A DNA stretch of 63,742 bases, filler included, from Cercozoa sp. M6MM (Eukaryota; Protista; Endomyxa: Ascetosporea): the NCBI GenBank assembly GCA_040357565.1. It is 9 parts of 9 records of this genome, joined end to end, with 100 filler letters (N's around TTAATTAATTAA, not from the genome) between each part and the next. Parts side by side here need not be neighbours in the genome. Positions count along the whole stretch, not along the records: positions 33,650 to 44,103 come from JBDODJ010000445.1; positions 44,204 to 47,581 come from JBDODJ010001484.1; positions 47,682 to 51,826 come from JBDODJ010001214.1; positions 51,927 to 60,881 come from JBDODJ010000501.1; 5 more parts are not named here. One strand, written 5' to 3'. The translations under genes were made by a program, and so were the position numbers. Below, piece after piece: positions 42,312-53,879 of this stretch; positions within the stretch are counted from its first letter, which is position 1; the number at the start of each line of letters is the position of its first letter. Under the pieces are notes generated by a model. The model worked only from the letters and a program-made list of their open reading frames with translations. It made no database searches and was not told the origin of the DNA.

Positions 42312-42385
42312 AAGGAACCTATACGATACCGTTTTTTTGTTCCAAAATCGAGAGCATGCGGTCATAGTCAATGCCCACCAAGGAC

Positions 42386-43837
42386 TAGTCTGACGCTGCG
42401 GAGAAGAATGTTGTGCTTTTGAGCCGAACTTGACTTTCCCCGTTGCTGTCTACATCCACGAAAACAGTCAACTACAACATGCCAGTGAAATTAAACGTAC
42501 TTCGTCCAATTCCACGACAAATCCGATGAAGTCAAAGCCGTCGGGCGCCGTCTTCTGCCGGTCCTCGGGATCACCTGCGCGTTCGAGGAGCTGAAAGTCG
42601 GCTTCTCGGTTTCGTTCCACCTCCGCTAGAGTCGCGATAATGCCGACGCAAGTTCCTGACGTACTCTTCGCCGCGATTGAGACAGCGTGACAGCGCGCGC
42701 TGTCAGCGTGGTGTTTTCAACAACGACCTCGTAAATGTCAACAAGTGTCTTCCGCAGATCGCTTCGGCTCGCACTGAAGACAGTCGGCAAGGTGCGCAGC
42801 GACTTCTTCACTATAATGCTTGGTCAATCTAATAACAATCAGTATTTACGGCGTAATTACAAACCCTTTGTTCTCGGGGATTAAGATGGATGGTCGGGGG
42901 TGCCACTACCAACCCCAGGACATGCAGGGAGCTACATAGTTGGCTTTTAGTTAATTTTTTCAGTCAACCAACTTTTAAGCTTTCCAGTACCAGTCCTGGG
43001 GTGGGTCCGTAACAAGCGCATGGGTTTCTTAGTTAGTAGACTGAGCTAGTAACAACTACGGTGTGCCGCACGACGCTAATTTATTCTCGTCACAGTGGTA
43101 GACGATAGACAAGTACTGAGGTATAACCGCGACGCTTTCATGTCGCTCAGAATTCATTCGCTGATTGATAGCGATCATGAAAGACGAAATCGAACGTGAG
43201 GACACACTTGCGATCGCAAGTGGACGAGGGATGACGTGACAGGCAGACTCAGTCAATTCACGACTCCAGAGAAATCGCCGGCACCTTCGACAGCACTGGC
43301 TTGCACATTTACTGCAACGCAAACACACGCGTCCTGATACGCCAAACAACGAAGAAAACGAGAGAGGGTACATTCCACATCGGCTAGGGTCGCATTTGCT
43401 TCCAACAACCGCACTGACACACTCTCCTGGTGCTCCCGCAGATCTACACAACCAGACACATTAATGCCAACTGCGCACTCCTCCAAGAACACCTTATTAG
43501 ACCCCGTCAAAAATGATTACGCTGCTCGAGTCGCGCGAAACGCGCGCCGTTGCAGCGCACGAGTTCGTGTCGCCAGAAGCGCAGCAAGCCCAGGCGGCAC
43601 GGCGCGCCAGTCGACTTCATACCCTGCCACACACCATCAGAACCAAACTGAGTGTGTGTGAGTGTGAGAGAACACAAGTCAGACTACATTGCAGGACGCC
43701 GTCTTGCTGTCGCACTGCGTTCGTTGGACTTCCCGCGCGCTGCACACGTCGCCCGAGCAGTGTCGCTGTTGCACAAGGGTGTGGTGTGTGCATATGTGCA
43801 TACGTACACGTGTATGTGTGTGCAGACAGAGACGTAT

Positions 43838-43885
<48 letters not shown>

Positions 43886-44100
43886 ATTGTGCGCACGTGC
43901 GCGCCAGCGAGCCAGAAGCGCCTCCTGCAGCAGTTTCTCTCGGACGGTACTCTGACCTGTGGCAGTGTCGGACGCGCCCTGTCGCAGCAGCTTCGTGGCA
44001 TGCAGACGCCACCTATGCCATGCCCACATGCACATACACACCGACAGGCAAGTCAAGGCAAGGAAGTGCAAGGCAAGACAGAAGAGGTACGGCATGACAC
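42386..44100 (-). CDS. Hypothetical multi-exon gene (5' truncated, frames uncertain)
   Basis: Exon-like segments TVREKLLQEALLARWR, DLREHQESVSVRLLEANATL, KKSLRTLPTVF...DIYEVVVEN bounded by GT-AG. Confidence 0.35.
42845..42879 (-). mobile_element. Solo end of the CCCCGAGAAC TIR family (inverted)
   Basis: Reverse complement CCCCGAGAACAAAGGGTTTGTAATTACGCCGTAAA, nearly identical to 34567 and similar to 23026. Confidence 0.65.
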
Positions 44101-44250
44101 GCGNNNNNNNNNNNNNNNNNNNNNNNNNNNNNNNNNNNNNNNNNNNNTTAATTAATTAANNNNNNNNNNNNNNNNNNNNNNNNNNNNNNNNNNNNNNNNN
44201 NNNCCCCCCCCCGCCTGCTACCCTACCTGTACCGGTGGTCCCCAACACAG

Positions 44251-47200
44251 GTGAACGCGTTGATGCTGGCGCTGCGATCGACGCGTCCGCAGTTCGTGCG
44301 CTGTGTGAAGCCGAACGAGAACAAGTCGTCGAGCGAGTACGACCGCAAGCTGGTGCACCATCAGCTCAAGTGCGGTGGTATCTTCGAGGCGCTGCGCGTC
44401 ATGAAGCACGGCTACCCGACGCGCATTCCGTACAAGGACATCTACGCGCAGTTCTCGCCGACGATGGGCGGCCACGAGCTGACGCACGACCTGTCGGAGA
44501 AGGACTTCTGCGAGGCCATTGTGATTGCCTTTGGTGCCGTGCGCAAGGACTACCAGATGGGCCGCACCAAGATCTTTTTCCGTCCCGGCAAGGGCCAGGT
44601 GATCCAGGAGATGAAGCTCTGGGGCAAGCAGCCGCTCTCGAGCGAGCACCTCGAGCGCATCCGCATGTGGCTCATCATGCGTCGCATCTCGCGTCTGCGC
44701 GGCCGCGTCAACGCCTTCATTCGCTTCGACAACGTGCTGCGCGAGGTGCGCTGGCGTGAGCACCAGAAGAAGCTCGCCAAGAACCAGAAGGAGCGCGAGC
44801 GCCTCGAGGCACTGGAGCGCGAGCGACTCGAGCGTCAGCGCCTCGAGAAGCTCCGTCTTGAGCAGGAGCGCAAGAACCGCGAGCAGATCCAGCAGCTCAC
44901 GCGCGAAAACGAGGATGCGCGCGCCGAGCTTGACAAGATGCGCCAGCAGTTCGACGAGGACCGACAGGCCCTCGAGGCCGCGCTGGCCGAGAACGAGTCC
45001 GAGAAGGCGCAGCGACGCGTCGAGCTTGAGCGCAAGCAGCAGGAACTCGTCGAACTCGAGAACAAGATCGCGCAGCTCGAGGCCGCCATCGAGCGCGAGC
45101 GCGAGTTCGCGCAGCAGGAGCTCAACCGCTCGCTCGCGCGCGCCGCCGACGACAAGAACCGCGCGGTACTCGCTGCTTTTCGTGCTTTATTTATTTCGAG
45201 TGAAAGCTTACAAAGCTTTGCGTATTTTGAACGAAAGCTTTGTTTGATTTGAGTGAAAGCTTTGGCAGCTTTGTCACATGTGTATGTGATATACAGGAGC
45301 GCCAGCTGCAGTCGCAGATCGACGAGCTGAACAAGAAGATTGAGCGCGTGTCGGGCGAGTTGCAGTCATCGCGCAGCGAGACGGACCAGGTGCAGGGCCT
45401 GCTGAACGAGCAGGAGCGTCAGGCGGCGAACCTGAAGATGCAGCTCAACAATCTCGAGCAGGAGAACAAGGGCAACCTCGAGGACGCCGACCGACGCCTG
45501 GAGCGCATGCAGAAGGAGAAGGCCGACCTGGAGGAGCGCATGGAGGCACTCAAGCAGCAGCACCAGGAGCACGTCAAGTCGCTGCAGGACGAGTTCGGCA
45601 ACGCGTCGGCACAGTCGCACGACGAGCGCGTCCGCGCGGAGCAGGCGCTCAACAAGAAGATGGACAAGCTGCGCGCGCAGATCGCCGAGCTCGAGGGTCT
45701 GCTGGCCGATGCCAACGAGGACCACGAGAAGACGCGCCGCTCGCTCGATGAGCAGAAGCGCGAGGCGCAGCGACTGCTGTCCAAGATGGACACGGTGCGC
45801 CAGGCTCACCAGGTAGCCCCTGCCCCCTTAACCCTACCCCTTTAACCCACCCCACCCCCCCCCTTTAACCCCCCCCCCCCGCAGGCGGAGCTGGGCGAGG
45901 CCGAGCGCGACCTGCAGCGCGTCGAGAAGGAGAAGAAGGCGCTCGAAAACAAGATGAAGGAGATGCGCAAGAAGAACAACGAGGAGCTCATGGTACATAC
46001 TGTCACTACACACTGTCGCTACCCCTTACCNNNNNNNNNNNNNNNNNNNNNNNNNNNNNNNNNNNNNNNNNNNNNNNNNNNNNNNNNNNNNNNNNNNNNN
46101 NNNNNNNNNNNNNNNNNNNNNNNNNNNNNNCCCCCCGTTTCCCCACAGGAGGCGCAGTCGGCGGCGGAGCGCATGGCGCAGGAGCTGCGCAAGAATGCGT
46201 CGGACGACACGCTGGCGCTGTCGAAGCAGATCGAGGCGCTCAAGACGCGGATCTCGGAGCTCGAGAGCGAGCTGTCAGACAAGTCGGAGGAACTGGAAGG
46301 CGCGTCCAACGAGCTCGCCAACGCGAAGCGCGAGCAGAACTCGCTGAACCTCAAGCTGCAGTCGGCCGAGGCCGAGGCGCAGGCGCAGATGCTGCAGCTC
46401 AAGGCCGACGCCGAGCGACTTGAGGCCGAGAAGGCCTCGCTCGCCAAGCGCATCGCCGAGATCAAGGCCGGCTACAACGAGTCGCTCAAGAAGGCGCAGC
46501 AGGAGTACGAGGACAACTTCCGCATCTTCTCCGAGGACAAGAAGGCTGCCGACGCCGCCTTCACGCAGCGCATCGAGGAGCTGTCCAAGCGACTCGCCGG
46601 CTCCGAGCAGTAGCTTTGTCCCCAACTCCCTATCCCCAGCCCCTTTACCCCCCCCCCCGCAGAGCGGCCGCCGAGGCACGTGCTGAGACGGAGGACAACC
46701 GTCGCGAACTGGCCGAGGCGCGTCGCGTCACGGAGAGCAAGGAGCGACAGCTCGAGAAGGCCGCCGCTGAGAAGAAGGCCATGGAGGAGGTACCACATGA
46801 GCTTTTTTCGACGAGAGTTTTTGAAAAGCTTCGCTTCAAATAGCTTTGCTTTGAGTTGAGTTGAGTTGAGTTTTGCTTTGTGAGTAGCGACTCGCCGGTG
46901 CTCGCGAGCGTCTGGAGCAGGAGCTCGAGCAGCAGCAGGAACAGTACGAGGCCAACCTGGCCACGATCAGCGACGAGAAGAAGCGTGCGGTACCAAAGCT
47001 TTCCGAGTTGAGTTGAAAAGCTTTGAACGCTTTGGTTTGAGTTGCGATGAGTTGAGTTATGCGATTTTCCTCAGGGCGAGCTGCAGGAGAAGCGCATCTC
47101 CGACCTGATGGAGGAGTTGTCGGGCGAGCAGCGCAAGAACGCGACCTACAAGATTAAGGTGGACAACATGGTGGCCAAGTTCAACCAGATGCTCAAGGAG

Positions 47201-47549
47201 ACCGAGCGCGAGTCTGCGCGCATGGAGGTGTGTTGCTGCAGCTTTACCTGCCCCCACCCTCCCCATGTATCCCGTGTGTCCCCGTAGGTGCAGCTCAAGG
47301 TGGCGCAGGACCGTCTGGCGGCTCAGCGCGACGAGCACGAGCGTTCCATGTCCATGCTCAAGCAGGGCTACGAGCAGGACATGGCGGCCTTCCAGGTAGG
47401 CTTTGCCCCCGTTACCCCCCCCCCCCTACTACCCTCTTACCTCCTTGTACAGGATGAGAAGCAGCGCGGCGACGAGCAGGCGCAGCAGCGTCTCAACGCC
47501 GCTCTCGATGACCTGGCTGCCAAGGAGGACGTGCTGGCCAAGCTGGAGG
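44251..47549 (+). CDS. Myosin heavy chain: motor C-terminus, IQ-like neck, ER/K segment and long coiled-coil tail (both ends truncated)
   Basis: LRSTRPQFVRCVKPN, QLKCGGIFEALRV, GYPTRI, YQMGRTKIFFR; then several hundred residues of heptad-rich E/K/R/Q/L/A sequence across GT-AG introns. Confidence 0.95.
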
Positions 47550-47682
47550 GTGAGTCTACTCTACCCCTACCTTTATCCCTANNNNNNNNNNNNNNNNNNN
47601 NNNNNNNNNNNNNNNNNNNNNNNNNTTAATTAATTAANNNNNNNNNNNNNNNNNNNNNNNNNNNNNNNNNNNNNNNNNNNNA

Positions 47683-48020
47683 ACAGGGGGGTAAACAGGG
47701 GGGTAAACAGGGGGGTAAACAGGGTAAGTACCTCGTTCTCACGCGTCTGCACAAAGGCCGAGGAGACGTGCACCAAGGCGGCGTCGGCATCGGCCGCGAA
47801 GGAGGCCACCGCGCCGGCGCCGGCGACGTTGAGTTCCACCGCCTCGTCCAGCGGCGCGTTCAGCGACACTGCGCCTGCCAGGAGGTAGGGGGGTAAACAG
47901 GGGGGTAAATAGGGGGGTAACAGGGGGGTAAACAGGGGGTAAACAGGGGGGGGGGGGTAAACAGGGGGTAAACAGGGGGTAAACAGGGGGGTAAACAGGG
48001 GGGTAAATAGGGGGGTAAAA
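47683..48020 (-). repeat. Intronic C-rich repeats CTGTTTACCCCC(C) in two introns of the FAR gene
   Basis: GGGGGTAAACAG tandem on + strand at 47683-47725 and 47885-48020. Confidence 0.9.
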
Positions 48021-48266
48021 GTACCGGCCTTGTGCACAACGACGTCGACGGCGCGGCACAGCGCCTGGTACTCCTCGTGCGGCAGGCCGAGTCGCTCGCG
48101 TGTGATGTCGCCAGTCACAGGCAGCAGTAGCTGCTGCGCACTCTGCAGCAGTGCCTCGGCCTTCTGCACATACACATACACATATACATATACATAAAAA
48201 TACACGTATATCTACATATACATACATATATGTAGACATATACACACATATGTATACACATATATG

Positions 48267-48304
<38 letters not shown>

Positions 48305-48783
48305 CACACACACATACATACATACAGATAGATACAGATACAGATACAGACACAGACACAACACAGACACAGACACACACACACACACACACCGAGAAGA
48401 GAGTAGGTACGCCATGTTGCAGCAGATCCTTCTGCAGCACTTCGTTCTCGAGTCGCTTGGCGGCATCGTCGCCGTTGCGACCTACCCCCACACAAACACA
48501 CACATACATCGGCGTTATTCAATATAACCGCACTTTATCAAGTACCACGACGCAGCAGAACGTAGACGCGAGACAAGCCACATTGACCTTGCGCATGGTC
48601 GCACAAAATTCGGTGCAGCTGCACACAAAACAAGCAACACACAAGTATCAATCCATCAAATTCCTTCCTTCTTGAGCATGCTCAAGTCGCAATATTCGCT
48701 TTTTCAAATTGGTTTACCAGCGCGCGACCCAGCAGACCGGTGCCACCGGTCAGCAGCACTGTCAGGCCGTTCAGGCGCTGCAT
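47732..48783 (-). CDS. Fatty acyl-CoA reductase-like (NAD_binding_4), N-terminal part
   Basis: VLLTGGTGLLGRAL, RVYVLLR, PVTGDITRERLGL, VDVVVHKAGAVSLNAPLDEAVELNVAG, LVHVSSAFV. Confidence 0.9.
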
Positions 48784-48953
48784 GGTTTCTCTCAACAATG
48801 CTGCCCGTGCTTTCGATTGACAAGCTTGATTGTATTGACCGGTCGTTAAGGGTGCGGCAAATAAGCAAAGCTGTGCAGGTTGCGTTCAACTACTTGTTTT
48901 TTTTTTTGGCGGCGACTATCATACTTTTGTTGCCATTTGTTGTTTGTTAGTGT

Positions 48954-49903
48954 ATGTCCACGCTTGAGTCCGACGACCCTGCGACCAGGGTGACTGGAAA
49001 GTTCTCCAGCAGAAAAGTAGTTGAACGCTGGGCGACAAAAAATGATGCGATTCTGGATCGTATCCGGACCATGCTGATGGCAGCCGCCAGTAAAAGAACC
49101 GCGAGCTCGTGGGCTTGGTACAGTAGTTTTTTGTTTGAGTACTGACAGTGAAACTAGTCCTTGTATGTAGTCCTCCATCTCGGACCGGTGGAAAGGGGAC
49201 CGCCGCATGGCCTTGTACGACGAGGGGCGCATTAAAGATATCCACGCAGCCATCCAGCGCCGCTGGAACAAGAACAAGCCGCTCAACGACAAAAGTCAGA
49301 GCCGCTTGAACTTCAGGCGTTTAATTCCAGCCGGTGCTGCAGATGATAGCATCCAGGTCGTTGCTGCCGCCCCTCATGTCCAGGAGGCCGACCAGACAAC
49401 GACTCAGGCAACCACAGCTGTGCCCAGCATGTCGGAGACGGCGTCGTCGTCCTTCCTGTCGGCCAACTTGAGCAACGTGTCCTCCGCTGACAGCAGCCCT
49501 GATGCTGCGAGCGACGACGACAATGAGCCGATCACGGACAGCATCGCGTGGACGTTGGCTCAGATGGAGAAAACATCCACTTAAAGCTTGACGCAAGAAC
49601 TCAGTTGGGTAATTGACGACTTACTTCAAGGTTTTTCTCATTTCATGACCGCTCATTCCGCGATCCTGGATCAAGTCAATGCCTTGCGTGGCCACCAGCC
49701 GTCATTACTTCGCCCGCGAAGCCAAGCAAGTTACGACGCCGCCTGCCCAGGTCACTACCGTGACGTCGTCCGAGTCAACCAGCGACAGTGTTAATACCGT
49801 TACTACGCGCAACGGGCACAACGCAAACATAGTTTTTGCAACTTCCACAGATTTGTCGACTTTGGGTGGACTAGGAAATCAAATGTCGAGTACTGTACAG
49901 TAA
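48954..49903 (+). pseudogene. Hypothetical ORF broken by an in-frame TAA and probable frameshift
   Basis: ORFs 49207-49584 and 49588-49794 share a frame separated by one TAA; further protein-like frame 49679-49903. Confidence 0.3.
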
Positions 49904-50281
49904 CTTCACCGATCAGCAACTCCATGTTACTCCTGGTTTTGGCCCCACTTGCTAGCGTATCCACGTGTGTGCACTAGGTTAGTACACGAGCATGGTTAGA
50001 TTTCAGATCTTACTTGACAATTTTTTAATCTAAAACTTCATATTTTCCCTAAGGCAAAACTGATCGCAACCCCAAAAGGCTATTTTGGGACTCCGTTTTA
50101 GTTTGGATTTCTACATGGAGAATATCCTTGTTGCTTGTAAACAGTCGTGTCGGCGGCACAGACCAGGCCCCCATACAGTAGTTGTCTTAGTTTGATTATA
50201 ATGTCTTTGAAGATTGAACTACCAGTACCTACTGCAGTAGGTACCTACTGTACCGTAATCCGTCGTAGTCATGATGTTGTT

Positions 50282-50905
50282 TCAAAAGAACTTGCGAAAG
50301 ACGCCGGCAAATTTGTAGGCAGCGTAGGCAGGCACCAGTAATCCCACCTGGAGCATAGGCAAAGCACACAGATACCGAGTCACCCAGTCACTTGACAGTA
50401 CACAAGCTTCGGTACCAAATAAAACTTGTTCGAGAACAGCGAGACCATGGCCTGCACGAACCAAGTGAGCCACAGTACGTCCTGATAGTACGTCACTGGC
50501 AAGCCCCTGTCATAAACACACACAATTTGCTGTTTAAACAAGTTGGAGATAGAGGACAGAGGCTACCCGCGAATGCACTTGATGTAGGTCGGGATTAGGA
50601 CAGCATACAGGCCTGCAAACACCACGAGGGCGATGATGTCGCCTCGCGTCGTCTCTGCAGCCTGTGCGCGAGTTATAATAACATCAAACAGCATAAACAA
50701 CCACAACAGAACGTTGGATACCAGGTAGAGCTTGCGGAGACAAAAGAGAAGCATCAGCACCAACGAGGTTGCATCTGATTTCAGACCACCAGCAGTCCCA
50801 ACAGCACCCGCTCAACCAGCAACAGTGAACCAAGAAAGCCTTACATGATCGCTTCTGCGCAACTGCAGCCTCCTTTGTGCGGCGTTTCTCTGAGGCGTTG
50901 GCCAT
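50282..50905 (-). CDS. TMEM208: TMEM208/Snd2 SRP-independent ER targeting protein
   Basis: MANASEKR start; TM segments; YYQDVLWLTWFVQAMVSLFSNKFYL|VGLLVPAYAAYKF. Confidence 0.85.
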
Positions 50906-51157
50906 TTCGTGATTCTTGAATCGATTCACTGTTTTCAACCAGTCCTTTGACAAGACCAGCAGTCAGAATGATCGGCGTTCTGAGGAGATACAGCACTCTA
51001 TCTGTGTCAACTCCTTGTGATGCACGCGTAGTATCACACCCCTGACACTCTCGCGTTGGCCGACAACAACAACAAATGATAGGTGGCTACAGGCTCAAGA
51101 CTTGGCCAAAGCGCACATCATTTCGCCTTAGATAGACTTGCCAAGACACTGCAGCCG

Positions 51158-51826
51158 ATGAGTGAGGTATCGAACATCTGTGGGCTATGTGGCGGTCCAT
51201 TTCGTTGCGGTGTTGTATTGCTGTGTAGCGCATGGTGGAGTCGGACGCCGAGTCCGTGTCTGGCGATAAGCACGCGCTGCTGTCGGCGCTGCTGCGCGAC
51301 GAAGACGACGCAGCGGTACTAGAATAGTCTGGGTGACATGTTAGTGTCTCCCCCAGAGTGCTATCGTGGTCTCTCTGGCAGGACCGACTGGAGCAGCAGC
51401 TGAAGACAACGGCGGTCCAGGTGACGTCGCGCGATACTCAGTTCGACGGTCTGTGTGTCGAGTGCACCGGTGACATTCTTTACCCCCACCCCTTTACCCT
51501 CTTGCCTCCTAGTCTCTTGACCTTTACCCTTACCCCTACCCCCTTTACCCCCCCCCCCCCCCACAGACCAACCGGCAGCCGTGTTCTGCGAGGCGTGCGC
51601 CGACGACTTCTGCGACGTGTGCTTTGCGTAACCGTCTCTCTACTGATCCTAGATGATCCCACTGATGTCACTGATGATACCACTGATGATACCACTGATG
51701 ATACCACTGATGATACCACTGATACCACTGATGATACCATGTCACTGGTGCAGGTCGCTGCACCGTCGCGGCAACCGTCGTCGTCACACGACGCGCCCCG
51801 TCGCCAACGACACCAAGGAGGTTTTT
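51158..51826 (+). CDS. B-box zinc finger protein, N-terminal part (UPF0652/DUF2009-like start)
   Basis: CVECT|DQPAAVFCEACADDFCDVCFA|SLHRRGNRRRH after splicing; truncated by contig end. Confidence 0.75.
51655..51740 (+). repeat. Intronic 12-bp tandem CCACTGATGATA
   Basis: About 6-7 direct copies. Confidence 0.9.
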
Positions 51827-52059
51827 NNNNNNNNNNNNNNNNNNNNNNNNNNNNNNNNNNNNNNNNNNNNTTAATTAATTAANNNNNNNNNNNNNNNNNN
51901 NNNNNNNNNNNNNNNNNNNNNNNNNNTATATATATATATATGAGTGTGTATATGTATATATTTAATAATGGCTCACATTATGAACAGGCACACGTCGCTG
52001 GTGGGTCTGCTGTCGTCGCCAGAGCAGACCTCGCACACGCTTGTCCTGACCTGTAGTTT

Positions 52060-52110
<51 letters not shown>

Positions 52111-52522
52111 AAACACTGCGCAGTAAATTTACCATCCAGATGCTGCAAAAGCACAGGACGGGAACCAGGTACTGCACGAAACCCCACTCCGGTGGCAGGT
52201 CGTGGTGCCGCGCTGCCATCACTTCGGCGTTGCTCCGACACTGCAAGCCGCTGCGGCACACAAGTACAGCCTGTGTTCTTTTTGCTGCCACAAGTCACAG
52301 GTGTTGATACCTGAAGGCTTCCATGCTGGTGCCTCCCGTTCGCTTCTGTGATTTATTAATTCGCAAGCCTCTTACAAAGACGGAAAAGGAAAGAATGCTG
52401 TAATATTACACTGGCAAAGCCACACACAAAGTAGTTGCTCAATGGTTCCGCTGCCTCACATTCTTCCTACCGTCATTCAAACAGGAAATGTATCGCGAGT
52501 CACCCCAAATCCAAGGGGAAAA

Positions 52523-53070
52523 TTACTGTGCAGAAGCGATATCCACTGCGCCGATAGTGCTTGCACAAGTCCTGTTGTTGGTACCTGTCCAGGACACCAT
52601 CCAATTGCCACTGGAACAGTGTGGTTGCAACACTCTTTTTCGTATCGTTGGGTGAGTGTACTTGAAGTCGTGGTCAACTCCGCGCATGCAAACAGCGGTG
52701 CCGTCGATGCAGTCGAACCACCAGTCACCGATATGCGCATGACTCACATTAATCTCAGTGTCCAAATTGCTCTTTCCGTCGATCCGCGTGTAGGTGCGCT
52801 TGAGCACGTCGACCGGGTCTCGGTACGTGTAGACGCACTCCAGACACTGTTCGTAACAGTGCGTCCCGGGGTCGAAATGAGCGCACTTGTACTGGTCGCT
52901 GTTGCCGAGCAACTTTACGGCACTACAACAGGAAGCAAAATATCAAAACAAAACACAGAACTGGCCACTGACCAACCGATCTTCTTCGATCTGTTTTACC
53001 GATCGGACGTGCATGAAACGACGCCACGCAGCGCTAGAATTAGCACAGTGCTTAGCGTGCACACACGCAT
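52523..53070 (-). CDS. Secreted Cys-rich hypothetical protein (possibly extends past an in-frame TAA)
   Basis: Signal peptide MRVCTLSTVLILALRGVVS; GTAAAA..TGTAG intron joins in frame to AVKLLGNSDQYKCAHFDPGTHCYEQCLEC... Confidence 0.5.
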
Positions 53071-53879
53071 GTCTGACTTGCTTTCCTCAATCAAACGCGT
53101 CTCGTTTGTCTGTGGCACTTTTCGGTTTTTCCAGCCATAGCCGGGACACAGCATATTCGTTTAACCAAAAGCCTGTGCACCGGTCGTGGGTTCTACTTTG
53201 CGTTGGCTGCGGCTACGTTCTTTTTTGTGCGTGGAGTTGCGACCGTAGAACGCACGCAGGTAACCGAAGACACTCTGAACACGTAGCGACCTGCAGTACC
53301 TGTGGACGTCGGTCGCACTTAGTACAAGAATGACTATGTACAAGAGTGACTGGCGACCTTTGTATGTGTTACGATATGGAAACCAGTAACTAAGGTATTG
53401 AAGACGACTAAATAAAGGAAGTAAAACGTCAGTTCGAATGGCGTCGATGCGAAGGAATAGAAGACATACCCTTGTAGAAAAGGTCGTCGAAAGCTCGAAG
53501 ACAATTAAAAAAGAACAGCCCAAGCACTATCACGGCAGAACGTATCAAGTGCGAAGGAACAAGAGCTCCGTAAAAGCTGTACAAGCTGGAGAAGAGCAGT
53601 CAAAGTGGTAAGCTGTAGAAAGATTGACCAAGCTAAGAAGTCAGGTCCGCACAACACTTGACAATGCAAGGTGAAGCCCCAGGACGTAATGCAGGAGATA
53701 CCCAGCAAAACTAATCCTTTGACTGGTTGAGAAACGCGATGCCGAACATGTGTATGGGTGACTTTTAAGTAATGCTAACGACGCATTCAAATATGCGAAA
53801 AAAGTGTTTAATCTGATCGGATGATGGAAAAAATATGAACAAGCAAGAACTAGCATTGGTGTCGCGCCAGCAAGCAAGC

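Noticed and set aside
42912-43003. 10-bp inverted repeat ACCCCAGGAC/GTCCTGGGGT as a MITE
   Set aside because: Too short, no TSD, single copy in the window
46611-46613. Apparent premature TAG in myosin
   Set aside because: It lies within a GTAGCT intron donor; splicing to the CAG at about 46662 restores the frame
49582-49584. Stop-codon reassignment suggested by in-frame TAA/TGA at 49582, 52523 and 53331
   Set aside because: Conserved genes end normally with TAA (Ras, HINT, Rpt1), TAG (RPL14, DPH7) and TGA (TMEM208) and show no internal stops once spliced
51655-51740. Intronic C/D-box snoRNA (TGATGA and CTGA motifs)
   Set aside because: Motifs arise from a simple tandem repeat; no guide sequence or terminal stem
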